From: TPA_inf: Saccharomyces
Lineage: Eukaryota
Assembly (NCBI GenBank): GCA_000146045.2
Contig: BK006938.2
Span: forward strand, 192,001-256,000
Direction of reading: 5' to 3'
DNA length: 64,000 nucleotides
Below are positions 59,239 to 64,000 of the stretch, piece by piece. The notes beneath the pieces were generated by a model. It was not told the origin of the DNA. It searched no databases and worked only from the letters and a program-made list of their open reading frames with translations. The translations under genes were made by a program, and so were the position numbers. Position 1 is the stretch's first letter. Every line of letters starts with the position of its first letter.

Positions 59239-59565
59239 ACGTTTTTCACAAATTTTTTTACAGCGCTATAATCTGTATCATTCAACATACATTCTACTCA
59301 GGAAGGTGAATTTCATAACTCATATATGGCTATATAGTACTTATTATTTAATGATTTATCCATTGCATTCATAAAAGCTATGCTGGTCCAACTTTTTCGT
59401 ATTTAGTGATGTTTTCGGTGAAGAAAATATGAAAAATTAGACCAAATGCTCAAATACATACGACATTTGAATTGTTTAGGCAAGTCCGAAAACGAGGTAT
59501 ATCAGCTAATTCAACCTGAAAACCAATTGAGTGCTACTTCGAAGTAAAATACATAGCCATTTCAA

Positions 59566-61746
59566 ATGGAATTATCCCCTACTTATCAAACAGAACGCTT
59601 CACAAAGTTCTCAGACACTTTAAAGGAATTCAAAATTGAACAAAATAATGAGCAAAACCCCATTGACCCGTTTAACATCATAAGAGAGTTTCGCTCAGCC
59701 GCGGGGCAGCTTGCGTTAGATTTGGCTAATTCTGGAGATGAAAGTAACGTCATATCTTCTAAGGATTGGGAACTGGAAGCTAGATTTTGGCATTTAGTAG
59801 AACTGTTACTGGTTTTCAGGAACGCTGATCTTGATCTAGATGAAATGGAACTTCATCCTTATAACTCGAGGGGTTTATTTGAAAAGAAATTAATGCAAGA
59901 CAACAAACAACTTTATCAAATATGGATAGTGATGGTTTGGCTCAAAGAAAATACATATGTGATGGAAAGACCCAAAAATGTACCAACTTCAAAATGGTTA
60001 AATAGTATTACTTCTGGAGGATTGAAAAGCTGTGACTTGGATTTTCCTTTACGAGAAAACACTAATGTCCTCGATGTTAAAGATAAAGAAGAAGATCATA
60101 TTTTCTTCAAATACATTTACGAACTAATTTTGGCCGGTGCGATTGATGAAGCATTAGAAGAAGCTAAACTTTCCGACAATATTTCAATTTGTATGATCCT
60201 GTGTGGGATACAAGAGTACTTAAACCCTGTCATTGATACGCAAATTGCAAACGAATTCAATACCCAGCAAGGTATCAAGAAGCACTCTTTGTGGAGAAGA
60301 ACAGTTTACAGCCTTTCGCAGCAGGCCGGTTTGGACCCTTATGAAAGGGCGATATACAGCTATTTGAGTGGCGCTATTCCCAACCAAGAAGTTCTGCAAT
60401 ATTCGGATTGGGAGTCTGATCTGCACATACACTTAAATCAAATTTTACAAACTGAAATTGAAAATTATCTTTTGGAAAACAATCAAGTAGGTACTGATGA
60501 ACTGATTTTACCATTACCTTCACACGCGCTAACTGTACAAGAGGTGCTTAATAGAGTGGCTTCAAGGCATCCCTCAGAAAGTGAACATCCAATCAGAGTT
60601 TTAATGGCATCTGTCATACTAGATTCTTTGCCATCAGTTATTCATTCATCCGTGGAAATGTTGCTTGATGTCGTCAAGGGAACCGAAGCTAGTAACGATA
60701 TTATAGATAAGCCTTATCTTCTGAGGATAGTTACACATTTAGCCATTTGCCTTGATATAATTAATCCAGGTTCTGTTGAAGAGGTTGATAAGTCCAAGCT
60801 CATTACTACGTATATCAGTCTTCTGAAATTGCAAGGCCTTTATGAAAATATTCCAATATATGCTACTTTCCTGAATGAGTCAGACTGCTTAGAGGCATGC
60901 TCTTTCATATTGTCTTCTTTAGAGGACCCCCAAGTAAGGAAAAAGCAAATTGAGACAATAAACTTTCTAAGATTACCTGCCTCAAATATTTTGAGAAGAA
61001 CCACACAGCGTGTTTTCGATGAAACCGAACAAGAATATTCACCATCTAACGAAATTTCCATATCTTTCGATGTAAACAACATTGATATGCACTTAATATA
61101 TGGCGTGGAATGGCTTATTGAAGGGAAGCTTTATGTGGACGCTGTCCACTCTATCATTGCCTTATCGAGGAGATTTTTGTTAAATGGCCGCGTAAAGGCT
61201 CTCGAACAATTTATGGAGAGAAATAATATTGGAGAAATATGCAAGAATTATGAATTAGAGAAAATAGCCGATAACATATCAAAGGATGAAAATGAAGATC
61301 AGTTTTTGGAAGAAATAACTCAATATGAGCATTTGATAAAGGGCATAAGAGAATATGAAGAATGGCAAAAATCCGTTAGCTTGTTAAGCTCTGAATCGAA
61401 CATTCCTACTTTAATAGAGAAATTGCAAGGTTTTTCAAAGGATACATTTGAATTGATCAAGACATTTTTAGTAGATTTAACTTCCTCTAATTTCGCGGAT
61501 TCGGCAGATTATGAAATCCTGTATGAGATTAGAGCCCTATATACTCCATTTCTACTGATGGAATTGCATAAAAAGTTAGTGGAAGCCGCAAAGTTGTTAA
61601 AGATCCCAAAATTTATTTCGGAAGCCCTGGCATTTACCTCATTGGTCGCTAATGAGAACGACAAGATTTATTTATTATTCCAATCTAGTGGAAAGTTAAA
61701 AGAGTATCTGGATCTCGTTGCTCGCACAGCAACCCTTTCGAACTGA
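59566..61746 (+). CDS. NUP84: Nucleoporin Nup84 (Nup84/Nup107 outer-ring complex), 726 aa
   Basis: 726-aa alpha-helical solenoid protein with ATG at 59566. Length and neighbours (CYK3, IWR1) match YDL116W. Confidence 0.9.
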
Positions 61747-61994
61747 TCAATTAATGTATTGCAGAATAAGTTTATATTTTAAGTAAACAGCAATAATTTT
61801 ATGCATTTCTTCTATCTATTTCAGAAGTAATTGACGTGATTTTTTATAGTTTTGCTTTGAATCTTTGTGTTTCCACACCGGAGAAAAAAAAGTTCATGAA
61901 GTGAAAAAGCGGTTAAACATGAATTTTCTACTATCTAAAGATAAAATTACAGATGCAGTTACTTACATACATTGAACAGTTTCTGACGGCAAAT

Positions 61995-62974
61995 TTAGCT
62001 TCTATTAATTTTTTTCTGTAGCTGATGAAAAATTCTGTCCCTATGATGCGCCAATGGGTCATCAACATCCGTCGGAAAAAATTCATTTCTAGGGTATTCA
62101 ATATCATCTCCTTCATCAGAATCATCTTCGTTATCACTTATCTCTATTTCACCTTCTTGGCCATCCAAGTCAATGAAATTCGAGGAATTTATGGATTTCA
62201 AGACATCACTTTTTCCTCCAAGCCTGTTAAAAAGATCCCCGTACTCTTCCTCCACATCGTGGTACCCATTAGATCCCTGAATTTTATCGTCATTCCAAGA
62301 GGAAAACCTGCTCTTATTAACCCCTATAACAATCTCTTCACCCAATGCAGCTATATCCTCTCCTTCGCTACCAAATAGAATAGATCTATCATCATCTTCA
62401 TCCTCCGGATAATCATTTTGGTAATAGTTTTCGTCATTAGAATCCTCATCGTCTGAACGGGCTTCATTGGGATCACTTTCTTCATCAAGAGCCAAATCTA
62501 TATGCTCAATAATTTTCACAAACCCTATATTTTTCTCGTTGTTATATCTAGCAACCTCATCGTCATGAATTTTCTCCAAATGGTAGATGTCAAAAACGTA
62601 ATCTAAACTGGGTAGTGATGCAATTTTTGCAGAATCCCCAGTAAAATATTTCCTACTTGGTTTTTTTCTTTCTGTCTTTTCTACACCTTTATTCAACTTT
62701 AAATAGTCATTCACCATTTGATTGATCTCTGGCGGTAACCCATCGTCATCTACAGTACTTCCTTCTGCTGCAAGCCGCTGTTGTGATTTTTCATCATCTG
62801 AGTCTCTACGACTTTTTTTTCTTTGTTCCAATACAAAATGTCGATGATCTTCATGAGCCAGTTTTAAGAGTGGCGTAGAAGACTCTTGCTCGGATTGATA
62901 GCTTTCAGAGCTCACAGTCTTTGATAATTTAAATATGAACTTCTGCTTCTTCACTCTTTTCCCCTCATCAATTA
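61995..62974 (-). CDS. IWR1: IWR1 exon 2; RNA polymerase II nuclear import factor, 353 aa total
   Basis: Exon 2 begins TA (completing TTA, Leu28) then IDEGKRVKKQKFIFKLSKTV..., a bipartite NLS-like basic region and an acidic DE-rich C-terminal half. Stop at 61995-61997. Confidence 0.85.
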
Positions 62975-63044
62975 CTGAATTGTCCCAGATGAACTTAGTT
63001 AGTCAAACGCATTTTTGTTATATCGGTAGAATAACAACACATAC
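62975..63044 (-). other. IWR1: IWR1 intron (70 nt)
   Basis: Minus-strand GTATGT at 63044-63039. Branch-like GACTAAC (plus gttagtc at about 63000-63006). Acceptor tTCAG at 62977-62975. Confidence 0.78.
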
Positions 63045-63126
63045 ATAATGCCTGCACAGAATCCTCATCCCTTCTTCTCTTTACTCTGATAAACTCAGGT
63101 GCCGTTGTGGTACTAATAGTGCTCAT
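63045..63126 (-). CDS. IWR1: IWR1 exon 1 (27 codons + 1 nt)
   Basis: ATG at 63126-63124: MSTISTTTAPEFIRVKRRRDEDSVQAL plus T. Combined with exon 2 this gives 1062 nt, i.e. 353 aa plus stop. Confidence 0.82.
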
Positions 63127-63603
63127 TCCCGAAATCTTGTATGCCTACCTCAACAAAAGCTATACCTCAGAGAGCAGTTTTATATACCATCTCTTGTTCT
63201 CATCAATAACTTGTCTTGAGCATTACACAATTTAAATCCCCTGTGCCGACACAAACAAGAGATAACCCGGAATCAATATTATCTGATTGGGCTCCTAAAT
63301 ATCGCATCTGTGGACTTGAATCCACATGCTGCGAACTTATTTGAAGCAACAATTACTTCTGTTGGAAGCGTGGTAGTGCCAAATCAGACTTGCTCTTTAG
63401 TTTTCTTATGTTAACGCTTTACTGCCTTTTTCTTCTATATTTTTGAACGTCAATATGTAGCGGGCGTCAGCAGAGGAACAGAATTTGTGACACTTCTTGA
63501 ATGAACATTTCTCATATCTGAAACCGCATCATCAAAAGGACACCTCAATAGAGATTCAGTGACATATTTAACATAGTTTTATGGGTAAGAAATATTATTA
63601 ATT

Positions 63604-64000
63604 ATGGTACGCAAGAATAAAATAAATAGAGCGAGTGGAACTACAAAACACCTCAAGGATTTTCCATCAGTCATCCTAAGTCTGCCCAGCTACAACCCTT
63701 CCATCCTTTCTAAAAATGCAACTGCACTAATAACCGGTGGTTCTAGTGGACTCGGATTTGAACTTGCAAAGGAACTTTCCAGAAGAATTAATAAAGTTAT
63801 TGTGGCAGATATTCAATCATTTCCTACTTTTGCTCAGGTAGAATATAATAACATTTTCTACTATCAATGCGACATAACAAGTCTAGATGAAATTAAAAAT
63901 TTGAAAAAAGCTATTGAAAGAGATCATGGCAACATTAATATAATTATAAATAATGCTGGTGTTGCTCACATCAAAAAGTTAGAACATATGACAAACAAGG
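63604..64000 (+). CDS. YDL114W, short-chain dehydrogenase/reductase family, 5' portion (gene continues beyond the window)
   Basis: ATG at 63604, then MVRKNKINRASGTTKHLKDFPSVILS...ALITGGSSGLGFELAKEL (TGxxxGxG SDR cofactor motif) ...IINNAGV (NNAG motif). No stop before the window end. Confidence 0.8.
   Translation, partial: MVRKNKINRASGTTKHLKDFPSVILSLPSYNPSILSKNATALITGGSSGLGFELAKELSRRINKVIVADIQSFPTFAQVEYNNIFYYQCDITSLDEIKNLKKAIERDHGNINIIINNAGVAHIKKLEHMTNK

Overview
This window is a Saccharomyces cerevisiae nuclear segment from the chromosome IV left arm. It is gene-dense, with about 36 protein genes, and runs YDL147W (RPN5 3' end) through YDL114W (5' end). Nearly every ORF of 100 aa or more in the six-frame track corresponds to a well-characterised yeast gene that I recognise by its protein sequence. 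The genes, in order, are LDB17, COP1, YDL144C, CCT4, CRD1, BPL1, RPO21 (RNA polymerase II large subunit with its heptad CTD), SCM3, RGT2, ARF2, RPL35B, RDI1, PPH21, RPL41B, SRF1, CDC53, LYS21, STF1, RPP1B, YDL129W, VCX1, PCL2, CDC48, HNT1, YDL124W, SNA4, UBP1, YDL121C, YFH1, YDL119C, CYK3, NUP84 and IWR1.

The supplied ORF track translates TTG, GTG and CTG starts as M. I therefore corrected several starts to the first plausible ATG (CCT4, BPL1, SCM3, PCL2, YDL129W, YDL118W). The track also cannot see short first exons or ORFs under 60 aa. I reconstructed four spliced genes by hand from GTATGT donors, TACTAAC-type branch sites and AG acceptors: RPL35B, RPP1B, HNT1 and IWR1. I also located the 25-codon RPL41B by direct sequence recognition.

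Regulatory motifs visible in the sequence are paired Rap1-type sites upstream of the three ribosomal-protein genes, SCB-like elements upstream of PCL2, a Lys14-type site upstream of LYS21, and an ARS-consensus match beside a long poly(dT) tract.

I see no rRNA, tRNA, transposon, LTR, CRISPR or prokaryote-style operon. I also see nothing that looks like an undescribed system. The items worth a second look are regulatory or structural details rather than novel genes.
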